A stretch of DNA of 64,000 bases from Pirellulales bacterium (GTDB lineage: Bacteria; Planctomycetota; Planctomycetia; Pirellulales; PALSA-1355): NCBI GenBank assembly GCA_963733035.1, contig CAVTBU010000005.1, forward strand, positions 1,280,001-1,344,000, in the 5' to 3' direction. The first letter of the stretch is position 1. Each line of letters opens with the position of its first letter. Of the stretch, positions 36,358 to 46,690 are shown one piece after another. Position numbers and translations under genes: made by a program. The notes under the pieces are model-generated. The model ran no database searches. It saw nothing but the letters and a program-made list of their open reading frames with translations, and was not told the DNA's origin.

Positions 36358-39226
36358 CTATTCCTCGTCGCCAATTGCCAACAGCTTTGCCTGCCGGTTT
36401 TTCTCGGCAAACGCCTTGGCCAGAAAGCGCCCTGTGACCGACTCCTTCGACTTGGCGATTTGTTCCGGCGTCCCTTGTGCCACCACACGCCCCCCCTCGT
36501 CTGCGGCGCCGGGCCCCAAGTCAATGATATAGTCCGCGGCTTGCATTAGCTGCAAGTTGTGCTCGACGACGATCAGCGAGTGCCCTACGTTGATTAACGC
36601 CTCGAAGCAATCGAGCAATTGCAGCACGTCGTGAAAATGCAATCCCGTTGTGGGCTCGTCGAGCAGAAACAAGGATCGCCCACGACGTGTGGCCGACATG
36701 TAAGTTGCCAGCTTCAGCCGCTGGGCTTCACCGCCCGAGAGAGTATTTGCGGGCTGGCCGAGCCGCAGGTAGTCGAGCCCCACGTCGATCAACCGCTTGA
36801 GGCGGGCTTGCACCTTGACCTGACCACGAAAGAACGTAAACGCCTCGCGGACGGTCATCTCCAGAACTTCCGAGATGTCGCGGCCGCGGTATTTTACGTC
36901 CAGGATCTCCTTGCGATACCGTCGCCCGCCACACTGGCTGCAGCGCATGTAGACATCGGCCAGAAACTGCATATCGATTGCAATTTGACCGTCTCCCTGG
37001 CAAGCGGTGCAACGCCCGCCGTCGACGTTGAAACTAAAATGGGCGGCGTCGTAGTTGCGCGTGCGAGCTTCGACCGTGTCGGCAAACACGGCCCTGATCT
37101 CATCGAAGGCCTTGATGTAGGTCACGGGATTCGAACGTGGCGAGCGTCCGATCGGACTCTGATCGACGAGGATCACATCCTCCAGCTGGCCGTCGCCAAA
37201 CACATCGTCGAATTCGCACGGCTTGGGGGCCTCTTTGCGCATTCGGCGGCGCAGCGCGGGATACAGCGTGTCTTGAATGAGCGTGCTCTTGCCCGATCCG
37301 CTGACGCCGGTAACCAGGCACATTAAACCGAGGGGAAATTCGACGGTCACGTTTTGGAGATTATTTCCCCGCGCCGGCCAGGCGGATCCAACCGTGATTT
37401 GGTGGCCGTCGATCGTTTGCCACACTGGCGCCACGTCGACCGGAGAGAAAGTCACCGGTCAGGCTGCGGGGATTGTCCAGCATTTCGTCGAGCGTACCCT
37501 GAAACACGACTTCCCCGCCCCGTTCGCCTGCTCCGGGCCCGATCTCAATGAGCCGGTCGGCCGCGCGAATCATCGACTCCTCGTGTTCCACCACGACGAC
37601 TGAGTTGCCTCGATCCCGAAGTGAGGCGATCGCCTCGGTCAATCGATCAACGTCGCGCGGGTGAAGCCCAATGCTCGGCTCGTCGAGCACATAAAGCATG
37701 TTCACCAGGCTCGAGCCAAGCGCGCCAGTCAACGTCACTCGTTGGGCCTCGCCGCCGCTGAGAGTTCGTAGCGTGCGGTCGAGCGTGAGGTACCCCAAGC
37801 CGACATCGACGAGGTATTTGAGCCGCGACTGAGTCTGTTCGAGCATGACCCGGCCGACCTGGCGCTGCCATTCGGGCAGTTGGAGATCGCGAAAGAACCG
37901 CAGCGCATCCTGAACTTTCAGATTCGATACGTCCGCGATATTGAACCCGCCGATTCGCGTGTCGAGCGCCTCGGGGCGGAGCCGAGACCCGTGGCACTCC
38001 GGACAGACGCGATAACTTCGCCACCGACTCAAAAACACTCGCAGGTGCATTTTGTATTTCCGCCGTTCGAGCCAGGCGAAAAAACCTCGCAAACCGCCGA
38101 AGTTCCGCTCTCGCACGCCCTCAAAAACGAGCGCCCGTTCCTCGTCGCTCAGCTCGCGATAGGGAACATCGACGCGTAGCTTGCAGTCGTCTGCAAGCGC
38201 GAGTAGTTCCTCCAGCTCATGGGCATAGGCCGGCGTGTTCCAAGGGGCGATCGCGCCTTCCCTGAGCGACTTGTTCGGATCGGGAACGACCAAGTCCATA
38301 TCGACGTCGATAACGTTGCCAAACCCTTCACAAACCGGACAAGCGCCCAGGGGACTGTTGAAACTGTAGAGCCGCGGCTCCTGCGGCGGGTAATCGAGGC
38401 CGCAGGCGTCGCACCGCAGATTCGACGAAAAGACGAATTGGTGCCAGGTCGAGCCGTTTAGTTCACGCGGCTTGCCGCCGGCCAGCGGCAAGGCGTCGCC
38501 GTGCGCGTCGGCGAGGACCACAACCTTTCCCTTCCCCTTGGCAAAGGCGGTCTCCACTGAATCGCGCAGCCGACTCATCTCCGTCGCGCCGGCCGAGAGC
38601 CGATCGACGACCGCCAGCACTCCGTCGGCCGCATGGTCCGGATCCACCTCCGACCAGGGCTCTTCCGACAAATTGACGAGGCGGTTCCCCACCACCGCCC
38701 GGACAAAACCCTCTTCTTGAAACGCGGGCCACAGTTTCTGATCGGCACCAGTGGACTCGACACTAAACGCCACCAGAAAGCGAGTCCCCGCGGGCAGGCG
38801 CTGGAGCACTTGGGCGGTTGATTGGGGAGAGTACTTGCGAATCTCCGCTCCGCATTGCCGGCAATTCACCTGCCCAATTTTCGCATAGAGTAATCTTAAG
38901 TAGTCGCTGGTTTCGGTCGCCGTGCCCACGGTTGAACGGCTCGACCGACTGGCGTTCTTGTGCGTTACGGCAATCGCCGGCGGAATCCCCTCAATACGCT
39001 CGGCGGCCGGCTTTTCCAGCCGTTCGAGGAACTGCCGGGTGTACGCGGAAAAGCTGTCGATGTACCGCCGCTGGCCTTCGGCATAGAGCGTGTCGAGGGC
39101 CAGGCTCGTCTTGCCACTGCCGCTTAGCCCGCAGAGCACGACTAGCTTGCGCCGGGGGATGTCGAGATCGATGTCCTTCAGGTTGTGAACCGCGACTCCG
39201 CGCAGCGAGATCGATTGGTGCGGCAC
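36358..39226 (-). CDS. uvrA: Excinuclease ABC subunit A homologue, frameshifted near 37370
   Basis: HNLKDIDL, GLSGSGKTSLA..TLYAEGQRRY, FNSPLGACP and LSGGEAQR in ORF 37361-39412. RGNNL, GVSGSGKSTL, second zinc finger and LSGGEAQRLKLA in ORF 36358-37455. GTG start at 39226 with GAGG RBS. Confidence 0.92.
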
Positions 39227-39899
39227 AAGGACCTCGTTTCGGTGCTGTCCAAATCCTTTATCATAGAACCGGGCGGAGCCTCGGGCCAGCGCCGGTTGGC
39301 CGTGATGACGCCCAGGAGGGGTGCCTCCGTGGGATTCGGCAATAAGCGACTTGACCGCTTCCGAATGATTGGTGGACGGAGTCGAAGCTGCCGTTGGGTT
39401 CTTGCGCGTCAAGCTTTGGGCTGGCGCCGGCCGGCCTGATGCAAAAAAGGGACGCTCCAGTTCGATTTCGCCACTGCCAGGGATGCAAGTTTGCCGGGTC
39501 TCAACGATGGCATCGGCTACGCAGTCGGCACGCCCCTTACGACCGCTTCAATCCGCCCCCGTCGGGCGGTCAACCGGAGCGGGCATTCAATTTGCAAACT
39601 GGATCGGATTCCCTGAGAATGCCCGGCTTAATGACAATTTCACATGCCAGCGGGCAGACCCGCGGCAGGTGGTTTGTTAAGCTGAAGAAATGGCCGCTAT
39701 GTGGTAGCTACCCTGATTGTTTGGGGTCCCGTCTAACCAGAGCGTGCCATCTGTCGGACTTCTCCGGTGGCGCTTTACAAGTGAATTGAAACGGGGACAA
39801 ATGTCACCCAAGGGAACGGAGTGCGCGCACCTATCCCATTGCCAGACAGCGCATACGGACGCCTACCCGCGGGTGACTTGAATTTCGCATTCGTGAGCC

Positions 39900-40460
39900 A
39901 TGCCAATTTTACCAAGCCAGCCCGATCTCTATCCTCCGGCCATACTCGAAGCCCCGGAGCTTGGTCAGACGGCCGATGTGCCGTGGTGGGCGATGTACAC
40001 CATGGCACGCCGCGAGAAGGAACTGATGCGACGGTTGCGGGCGATGGAGATCGGCTTCTACGCACCCCTGGTCGCCAAGCGAACGCGTTCACCCGGTGGC
40101 CGAACGCGAGTCAGCCACGTCCCGCTGTTCACCAGCTATGTGTTCGTACGCGGCACCGAGGAGCAGCGGCACCGAGCCCTGACCACCAACTGTATTTCAC
40201 GCTGTCTCGAAGTGCCCGATGTTGGCCAGCTATTGCACGACCTGCGACAGATCCGGCACTTGATCGAGTTGGACACTCCCCTGACGATCGAAGCCCGCAT
40301 CGAGTCCGGTCGACGCATTCGCGTTCGATCGGGCCCCATGGCCGGTTTGGAGGGAACGGTCGTCAAGCGACGCGGCCGAGACTGGCTGGTGGTGGCCGTC
40401 GAATTCTTGGGGCAGGGTGCCAGCGTGCTATTAGAAGATTTCCAAGTCGAGCCACTGTAG
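39900..40460 (+). CDS. NusG-paralogue transcription antiterminator (RfaH/UpxY/LoaP type)
   Basis: WWAMYTMARREK and PLFTSYVFV NGN motifs; KOW RVRSGPMAGLEG; first gene of the polysaccharide cluster. Confidence 0.88.
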   Translation: MPILPSQPDLYPPAILEAPELGQTADVPWWAMYTMARREKELMRRLRAMEIGFYAPLVAKRTRSPGGRTRVSHVPLFTSYVFVRGTEEQRHRALTTNCISRCLEVPDVGQLLHDLRQIRHLIELDTPLTIEARIESGRRIRVRSGPMAGLEGTVVKRRGRDWLVVAVEFLGQGASVLLEDFQVEPL

Positions 40461-40632
40461 GCCAGCAAGCCACCAGCATGTATATACACGACAGCATAAC
40501 GATTAACCCGATCGGGTGGCCACGATTTGCTCGTGTCGTGGCGGACGGTTATGCTGCCGCGGAAGCAATTCTGGCGCCTTCGCGCACTTCGCAGGCGATC
40601 TCTGCATTCAAATCGACACCTTGGCAGTACCC

Positions 40633-42573
40633 ATGAGATCCGGATTACTCCCCCAACGTTTGACGAAGCGCGCGTTTGCCGTGCTTCTGCTGCATGCCGC
40701 CGTCTTTGCCCTGCTCTATCTTCTCTCGTGGGGTCTGCGGACCGAGTTCACGTTTACAGAAGATGACTGGGTCACGATCCTGGTCACCTTGCCGGGCGTC
40801 GTATTGATTCAAACCGGTGTCTTTTACTACGCGGGGCATTGCCACCGCTCGTGGTACAGCGTCTCGTTTTCGGACCTGGTGATGCTGTTCCATTCGGCCA
40901 CGCTCTCGTTATTGATCATTGCCACGCTCGATCGCCTGTTCGTGCGCGTTTTACATCTCTCGGCCGGCGTACTATTGATCGATTGGGCGATGGTGATCCT
41001 TGTGCTGGGTGGCATGCGAGCGGTTGGCCGGCTGTCGCGCGAGGAGCTCAGCCCCCGCCTCTGGCGAAGCGACTATCGCAAGGCGTTGATCGTTGGGGCA
41101 AATCAGTCGGGCGAAACCCTGGCCCGCCATCTGCTTTCCGACCGCCGACTGAAGTACCAACCCATTGGCTACCTCGATCACGACGCCAGCCGTATCGGTT
41201 CCACTTTTGGCGGGATTCCGGTCTGGGGTTTGCCTTCCAATGCGATTGAGATCGCCACCCGACTGGGCGTCGAGGACGTGCTCGTCATATCAGGCGTTTT
41301 AACCGGCCCTCAGCTCCGCGAGTTGATGGAGCGCGCGGCTGCGGCGGAGATCAAAATCAAGGTCATCCCCGCCTACGACGATCTGCTCTCCACCAACTAC
41401 GCACCGCAGATACGCGACGTCGACATCAACGACCTGCTGCGCCGCGAGCCCGTTGAACTCAACAGCGACGCAATCAGCTCCTTGGTCTCGGGCCGCACGG
41501 TAATGGTCAGTGGGGCCGGGGGCAGCATCGGCTCGGAAATCTGCCGCCAGGTGCTGAAGTTCCGCCCCAAAACCCTGCTGCTCGTCGAACGGGCCGAAAA
41601 CAGCCTGTTCCTCGTTGAGCAGGAGTTTCGGGCCCTTCGTACCGAAACGCAGATCGTGCCCTGCATTGCGGATATTACAGATCGCGACCGTATGTCGCAG
41701 ATCTTCAAGTCGCACCGCCCGGCCGTGGTCTTTCATGCGGCCGCTCACAAGCACGTTCCGATGATGGAATTCAACCCCGGCGAAGCCATCAAGAACAATG
41801 TGCTCGGCACGCGACAACTTGCCGAACTTTCAGACGAATTCGGCGTCCAGGAGTTCGTCATGATCTCGACCGATAAGGCTGTGAATCCGACGAGCATCAT
41901 GGGCGTCTCGAAGCAGCTGGCGGAACGGTTCATCCATGCGTTCTCCGAGAAGGCCGGCACGAAGTTCGTGGTTGTGCGGTTCGGCAACGTACTGGCGTCC
42001 AACGGCAGCGTGGTGCCAATCTTCCAGGAGCAAATCCGCCGCGGCGGTCCGATCACGGTTACGCATCCGGAGATTGAACGCTTTTTTATGACCATTCCCG
42101 AGGCCTCGCAGCTGGTATTGCAAGCGGCCGCGATGGGCAAGGGTGGCGAGATCTTCGTGCTCGACATGGGCGAACCGGTGCGAATTGTGGATTTGGCTCG
42201 CGATCTGGTGCGACTCTCGGGACTCACGGAAGCCGATATCGAAATCGTATTTACCGGCCTGCGACCTGGTGAAAAACTCTACGAGGAACTGTACTTCGAA
42301 GACGAAAAGATGCTGGCCACGCCACACCCCAAACTGTTCGTGGCCTATCACCGTCCTTATGCCTTGCCCGAGGTAGAGCAATCCATTTCCGAGGTCTCGG
42401 GCCTCATGCACGCCTCGCCCGACGTCTTGCGATTGAAAATCAAGGAGCTGGTCGCCGAATACGCGGAATCGGATTCGGCGCCATCCGTGCCCCCCGCGTC
42501 CGCCGAACAGCCCGCTGCGGACTCGCCAACCCGGCGTACCGGGGGGACCGCCAACGAGGCCCGCGTACAGTAG
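40633..42573 (+). CDS. Membrane-anchored UDP-HexNAc 4,6-dehydratase (WbpM/CapD/PglF family)
   Basis: Four TM helices; GAGGSIGSE, HAAAHKHVP, ISTDKAVNPT..MG.SK, VRFGNV, RFFMTIPEA and GLRPGEKLYEEL. Confidence 0.93.
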   Translation: MRSGLLPQRLTKRAFAVLLLHAAVFALLYLLSWGLRTEFTFTEDDWVTILVTLPGVVLIQTGVFYYAGHCHRSWYSVSFSDLVMLFHSATLSLLIIATLDRLFVRVLHLSAGVLLIDWAMVILVLGGMRAVGRLSREELSPRLWRSDYRKALIVGANQSGETLARHLLSDRRLKYQPIGYLDHDASRIGSTFGGIPVWGLPSNAIEIATRLGVEDVLVISGVLTGPQLRELMERAAAAEIKIKVIPAYDDLLSTNYAPQIRDVDINDLLRREPVELNSDAISSLVSGRTVMVSGAGGSIGSEICRQVLKFRPKTLLLVERAENSLFLVEQEFRALRTETQIVPCIADITDRDRMSQIFKSHRPAVVFHAAAHKHVPMMEFNPGEAIKNNVLGTRQLAELSDEFGVQEFVMISTDKAVNPTSIMGVSKQLAERFIHAFSEKAGTKFVVVRFGNVLASNGSVVPIFQEQIRRGGPITVTHPEIERFFMTIPEASQLVLQAAAMGKGGEIFVLDMGEPVRIVDLARDLVRLSGLTEADIEIVFTGLRPGEKLYEELYFEDEKMLATPHPKLFVAYHRPYALPEVEQSISEVSGLMHASPDVLRLKIKELVAEYAESDSAPSVPPASAEQPAADSPTRRTGGTANEARVQ

Positions 42574-42644
42574 TTGTCGCACTTGCGCGGTACGCATTCG
42601 CTTACTACGTTTCGTCGCAATCGCAGCAGGTTCGTTTCTTAGTC

Positions 42645-43658
42645 ATGCCGGATTCGATGGACGAAAGTACTTGCGGGAGTGCATTCATCGCCGGCTTCGG
42701 CTCGATTGGCCGGCGACATTTCAATAATCTCCGCGCGCTCGGTTGCCACGACTTCGTCTTTTACCGCACATTTCAAGCAACCATTTCCGATCCGGCCACC
42801 GAGCAGTGGTACTCGACCAATCGCTTGTCCGAGGCCCTCGAGCGCCGACCGCGGATCGCCATCATCTCCAATCCCACGGCCAAGCATCTGGAAGTTGCCA
42901 CCGCGGCAGCGCGGGCGGGCTGCCACCTGTTGATCGAGAAGCCGCTTTCCCATTCGCTCGATGGCTGCCAGCAGTTGGCGGACATTGCCCGCGAGAAGCA
43001 CCTGACCGTGATGATCGGTTGCCAGTTTCGCTTTCACCCGTTGCTGATCAGCCTCCGCCGCCAGATGGCGGCGGGCCGGTTGGGGGAAGTGCTGGGAGCG
43101 CGAGCCGAGTGGGGTGAGTACTTGCCGGACTGGCACCCCTGGGAAGACTACCGCAAAAGTTACAGCGCGCGGGCCGATTTGGGTGGTGGCGTGGTCCTGA
43201 CGCTGATTCACCCGCTCGACTACTTGTACTGGATGTTTGGCCCCGTGCGGCACGTTTCGGCGTCGATTCGCAGCGTACCCAGCCTGCAAACCGTGGCCGG
43301 CGACGACTGGGCCGAGATCACGCTGCAATTCGACACGGGCGTCATTGGTCAGGTACATTTGGATTACGTGCAAAAACCCCCCGTGCATCGGCTGTGTGTG
43401 TGGGGCGATCGGGGCCGCGCAAACTGGGACTTCCACGCGGGAACTCTCGCTTGGCAACCGATCGAGGGTGACGTCGAAGTCGAACGCGTGCCGGAGGGCT
43501 TCGAAAGGAACACCCTTTTCGTCGACGAAATGCGAAGTTTCTTAGCGGCCGTCAGCGCCGGCCGGCCCAGCGAGATTCCGCTGGAAGATGGAATCGCCGT
43601 GCTGGATATTGCGGTTCGAGCCAAACAAGCGGCCCAGCGAGATTCGTGCAGTGCCTGA
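42645..43658 (+). CDS. Gfo/Idh/MocA-family oxidoreductase
   Basis: GFGSIGRRH, IEKP, YLPDWHPWEDYR.SYSA...GGGV...HPLDY. Confidence 0.9.
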   Translation: MPDSMDESTCGSAFIAGFGSIGRRHFNNLRALGCHDFVFYRTFQATISDPATEQWYSTNRLSEALERRPRIAIISNPTAKHLEVATAAARAGCHLLIEKPLSHSLDGCQQLADIAREKHLTVMIGCQFRFHPLLISLRRQMAAGRLGEVLGARAEWGEYLPDWHPWEDYRKSYSARADLGGGVVLTLIHPLDYLYWMFGPVRHVSASIRSVPSLQTVAGDDWAEITLQFDTGVIGQVHLDYVQKPPVHRLCVWGDRGRANWDFHAGTLAWQPIEGDVEVERVPEGFERNTLFVDEMRSFLAAVSAGRPSEIPLEDGIAVLDIAVRAKQAAQRDSCSA

Positions 43659-44485
43659 TTCGGTTCCGAAAATGTTCGATCTGACCGACCGTGTTGCCAT
43701 CTTGACGGGCGGCGCCGGCATGCTTGGTCGACAATACACGCGCCACCCTGCTCGAGGCCGGGGCCACTGTGATCGTGGCCGATCTGAACGGCGACCAGGC
43801 CAACGATGCCGCCGCGTCGGCGATCGACGCCGTCGGCGGACAAGCGGTGGGCTGGGGACTTGACGTCCGCCGCAAGGACGACGTTGAGCGGATGGCTCAG
43901 GCCGTCTGCGAACGTTTTGGACGTATTGATATCCTGATCAACAATGCCGCAATCGACCCCAAGCTCGACACCAATCTCGCCGACAAACTGGCCAGTACGT
44001 TCGAGGAGTATCCGCTCGAGTTGTGGCAGCAATCGCTCGACGTGAATCTCACCGGCGCGCTACTGTGCTGCCAGTCCGTGGGCAAGGTGATGCTGGCGGC
44101 CAAACGTGGCGTGGTCGTCAACGTCTGTTCCACGTACGGAGTCGTTGCTCCAGACCAGCGACTTTACAAGCGAGAAGGGGAACAGGAGCAAACGCTGTTC
44201 AAACCGGTGTCGTACGCGGTTACCAAGGCCGGCATTGCGCATCTGACTCGCTACCTGGCCGCGTATTGGGGCGGGAAAGGGATTCGCGTCAACACGCTGA
44301 CGCCCGGCGGTGTCCAGAACACGCAGGATGCCGAGTTCGTCGAACGCTATTCGGCGCGCACTCCGCTGGGGCGCATGGCCGCCGTCAATGAGATGAACGG
44401 CGCAATGCTGTTCCTGGTCTCTGACGCCTCGACGTACATGAACGGCGCGAACCTGGTGGTCGACGGGGGCTGGACCGCATGGTAA
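43651..44485 (+). CDS. SDR-family oxidoreductase (PtmA-like), frameshifted near 43743
   Basis: TGGAGMLG is in the frame of ORF 43588-43863. NNA, YAVTK, IRVNTLTPGG and VVDGG are in ORF 43724-44485. Removing one C in CGCCACC joins them. Confidence 0.88.
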
Positions 44486-45711
44486 AGCCTCCGGAAGTGC
44501 TCGCCATCGTGCAAGCCCGCGGCGGATCGAAAGGGTTGCCTCGCAAGAATCTTCGGCTGCTGGCCGGACATCCGCTGGTGGCCTATAGCGTCGCCAGCGC
44601 GCGGGCGGCCAAGGGGGTAACGCGAACGCTGATCTCCACCGATGATGCGGAAATTGCCGAAGTGGCCCAGGCCTATGGAGCGGAAGCGCCTTTCCAACGG
44701 CCTGCCGAACTGGCCGCCGACGACACTCCAGACTTTCCGCTGTTTGAGCACGCGTTGAACTGGCTGGCCGAACACGAAGACTATCGCCCACAAATTGTGA
44801 TTCAGTTGCGTCCGACGACACCGCTGAGACCGCGGGGAATGGTCGACGAGGCGATTGGAATCCTGCACTCCGACCCGGCGGCCGATTGTGTCCGCGGCGT
44901 TACGATCCCCAAACAAACGCCGTACAAAATGTGGCGCGACGGACCCGATGGGACGCTGCTGCCGCTGATGGATACCGAGTTTGCCGAGCCTTACAACATG
45001 CCCCGCCAACACCTGCCGGCCAGTTACTGGCAGACAGGGCACGTGGATGTGATTCGTGCGACCACGATTCTCGAGCAGCATTCCTTGACGGGCCAACGGG
45101 TGCGGCCGATCATGATCGACGTCAATTTTTGCGTCGACATCGATACGCTGGTCGATTTTGACCTGGCCGAGGAGGCAATCCGCAAGAAGCACCTCGACAT
45201 CGACATCCCGCGGCCGGTTGCCGGCGGGATGCTGCGGGGCTGGCCGCAGCCCATCGAACTGTTGGTATTCGACTTCGACGGTGTCTTCACCGACAATCGA
45301 GTCTACGTGTTTGAGGACGGACGCGAGGCGGTCGCATGCAATCGCGGCGACGGCATGGGGCTCGCCATGCTTCGCGATGCCGGTGTGCCGATGGCGGTGC
45401 TGTCGACCGAAACGAATCGCGTGGTCGATTCCCGCTGCCGCAAATTGAAGTTGGAATGCCGGCACGGATTGAGTGACAAGCGGGCGACGCTGGTCGAACT
45501 GGTGCGCGACAAGAACGTGAATATGAGCGGCGTGGTGTATGTGGGCAATGATGTAAACGACGTTGGTTGCATGGAGGCGGCCGGCTTTGCGATCGCCGTG
45601 GCGGACGCTCATCCCGCGGCGCGCGAAAAAGCGGACTTCGTACTTTCCGAGAGGGGAGGAGCCGGGGCCGTGCGAGAATTGTGTGACTTACTCCTGCAAC
45701 GAATGAGGTAA
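44479..45711 (+). CDS. Acylneuraminate cytidylyltransferase fused to a KdsC/YrbI-type HAD phosphatase
   Basis: ARGGSKGLPRKN, STDD, RPTTPLR and DID in the N-terminal domain; FDFDGVFTD, YVGNDVND and GGAGAVRE in the C-terminal domain. Confidence 0.93.
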   Translation: MVKPPEVLAIVQARGGSKGLPRKNLRLLAGHPLVAYSVASARAAKGVTRTLISTDDAEIAEVAQAYGAEAPFQRPAELAADDTPDFPLFEHALNWLAEHEDYRPQIVIQLRPTTPLRPRGMVDEAIGILHSDPAADCVRGVTIPKQTPYKMWRDGPDGTLLPLMDTEFAEPYNMPRQHLPASYWQTGHVDVIRATTILEQHSLTGQRVRPIMIDVNFCVDIDTLVDFDLAEEAIRKKHLDIDIPRPVAGGMLRGWPQPIELLVFDFDGVFTDNRVYVFEDGREAVACNRGDGMGLAMLRDAGVPMAVLSTETNRVVDSRCRKLKLECRHGLSDKRATLVELVRDKNVNMSGVVYVGNDVNDVGCMEAAGFAIAVADAHPAAREKADFVLSERGGAGAVRELCDLLLQRMR

Positions 45712-45719
45712 CCAGGATC

Positions 45720-46610
45720 ATGGCGCGTGTCGTTGAACTGAATGGGCGTCCCGTTGGCGACGGCCACCCGAACTACATCATCGCCGAGATCGGCATCAAC
45801 CATAACGGCAGCCTCGAAATCGCCAAAAAACTGATCGACGTGGCAAAGGCGGCCGGCTGCGATGCCGTTAAGTTTCAAAAGCGAACGCCCGAAAAATGCG
45901 TTCCCGCCGAGATGCGCGACAAGATGCGCGAGACTCCCTGGGGTTACATCTCGTACCTGGAGTATCGCTACAAGGTTGAATTCGGCGTCGAGGAGTTCAC
46001 CCAGATCGACAACTACTGCCGCGCCCAGAAGATTCAGTGGTTCGTCTCGTGTTGGGATCCCGATTCGGTCGACTTCATGAAGCCGTTTAACACTCCCTGC
46101 ATCAAGATTCCCTCGGCTTCGCTGACCGACAAGGAACTGCTGGAGGCCGTGCGTGATTCGGGCCACCCCGTCATGCTTTCGACCGGCATGTCCGATACCG
46201 GTCAGATCGACGCCGCCGTGAAGCTGCTGGGCACCGACAACCTGTTGCTGGCTCACGCCACCAGCACGTACCCCTGTCCCAAGGACGAACTCAACCTGCG
46301 CATGATCACGACCCTGCGGGCACAATACCCCTGCCCAATCGGCTATTCGGGTCACGAAGTTGGCCTGGCCACGACGCTGGCCGCCGTGGCGCTGGGGGCT
46401 TCGTTCCTGGAACGCCACGTCACGCTCGACCGTGCCATGTGGGGCAGCGACCAGGCGGCATCGATCGAGCCGGGTGGTCTGAAACGACTGGTCAAGGATG
46501 TGCGCAACGTCGAGATTGCGTTGGGCGACGGCAAAAAACGCGTCTACGAAAGCGAAGTCATCGCCGCCAGCCGGCTGCGACTGAAAGACACGCTCAACGT
46601 TTCCAAATAG
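45720..46610 (+). CDS. NeuB-family nonulosonate synthase, short form without SAF domain
   Basis: IAEIGINHNG, DAVKFQ, KIPS, LSTGM, STYP, GYSGH and ERHVTLD motifs; ends at 296 aa. Confidence 0.93.
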   Translation: MARVVELNGRPVGDGHPNYIIAEIGINHNGSLEIAKKLIDVAKAAGCDAVKFQKRTPEKCVPAEMRDKMRETPWGYISYLEYRYKVEFGVEEFTQIDNYCRAQKIQWFVSCWDPDSVDFMKPFNTPCIKIPSASLTDKELLEAVRDSGHPVMLSTGMSDTGQIDAAVKLLGTDNLLLAHATSTYPCPKDELNLRMITTLRAQYPCPIGYSGHEVGLATTLAAVALGASFLERHVTLDRAMWGSDQAASIEPGGLKRLVKDVRNVEIALGDGKKRVYESEVIAASRLRLKDTLNVSK

Positions 46611-46690
46611 CACCTTGACGCAAGGCTCGGCCGGCGACGTGTGGAGTGCGCCGTGCTTTCCGAAACCTCTTACGCGAAGCGAGGGTTCTG

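Noticed and set aside
37355..37380. Programmed frameshift in uvrA
   Set aside because: No clear slippery heptamer with a stimulatory structure; the break interrupts the conserved GARGNNL motif and matches the indel pattern in five other genes.
39560..39780. Possible RfaH ops/JUMPstart element (GGCGGTCA, GTGGTAGC, CGGTGGCG)
   Set aside because: None matches GGCGGTAG; partial matches are expected by chance.
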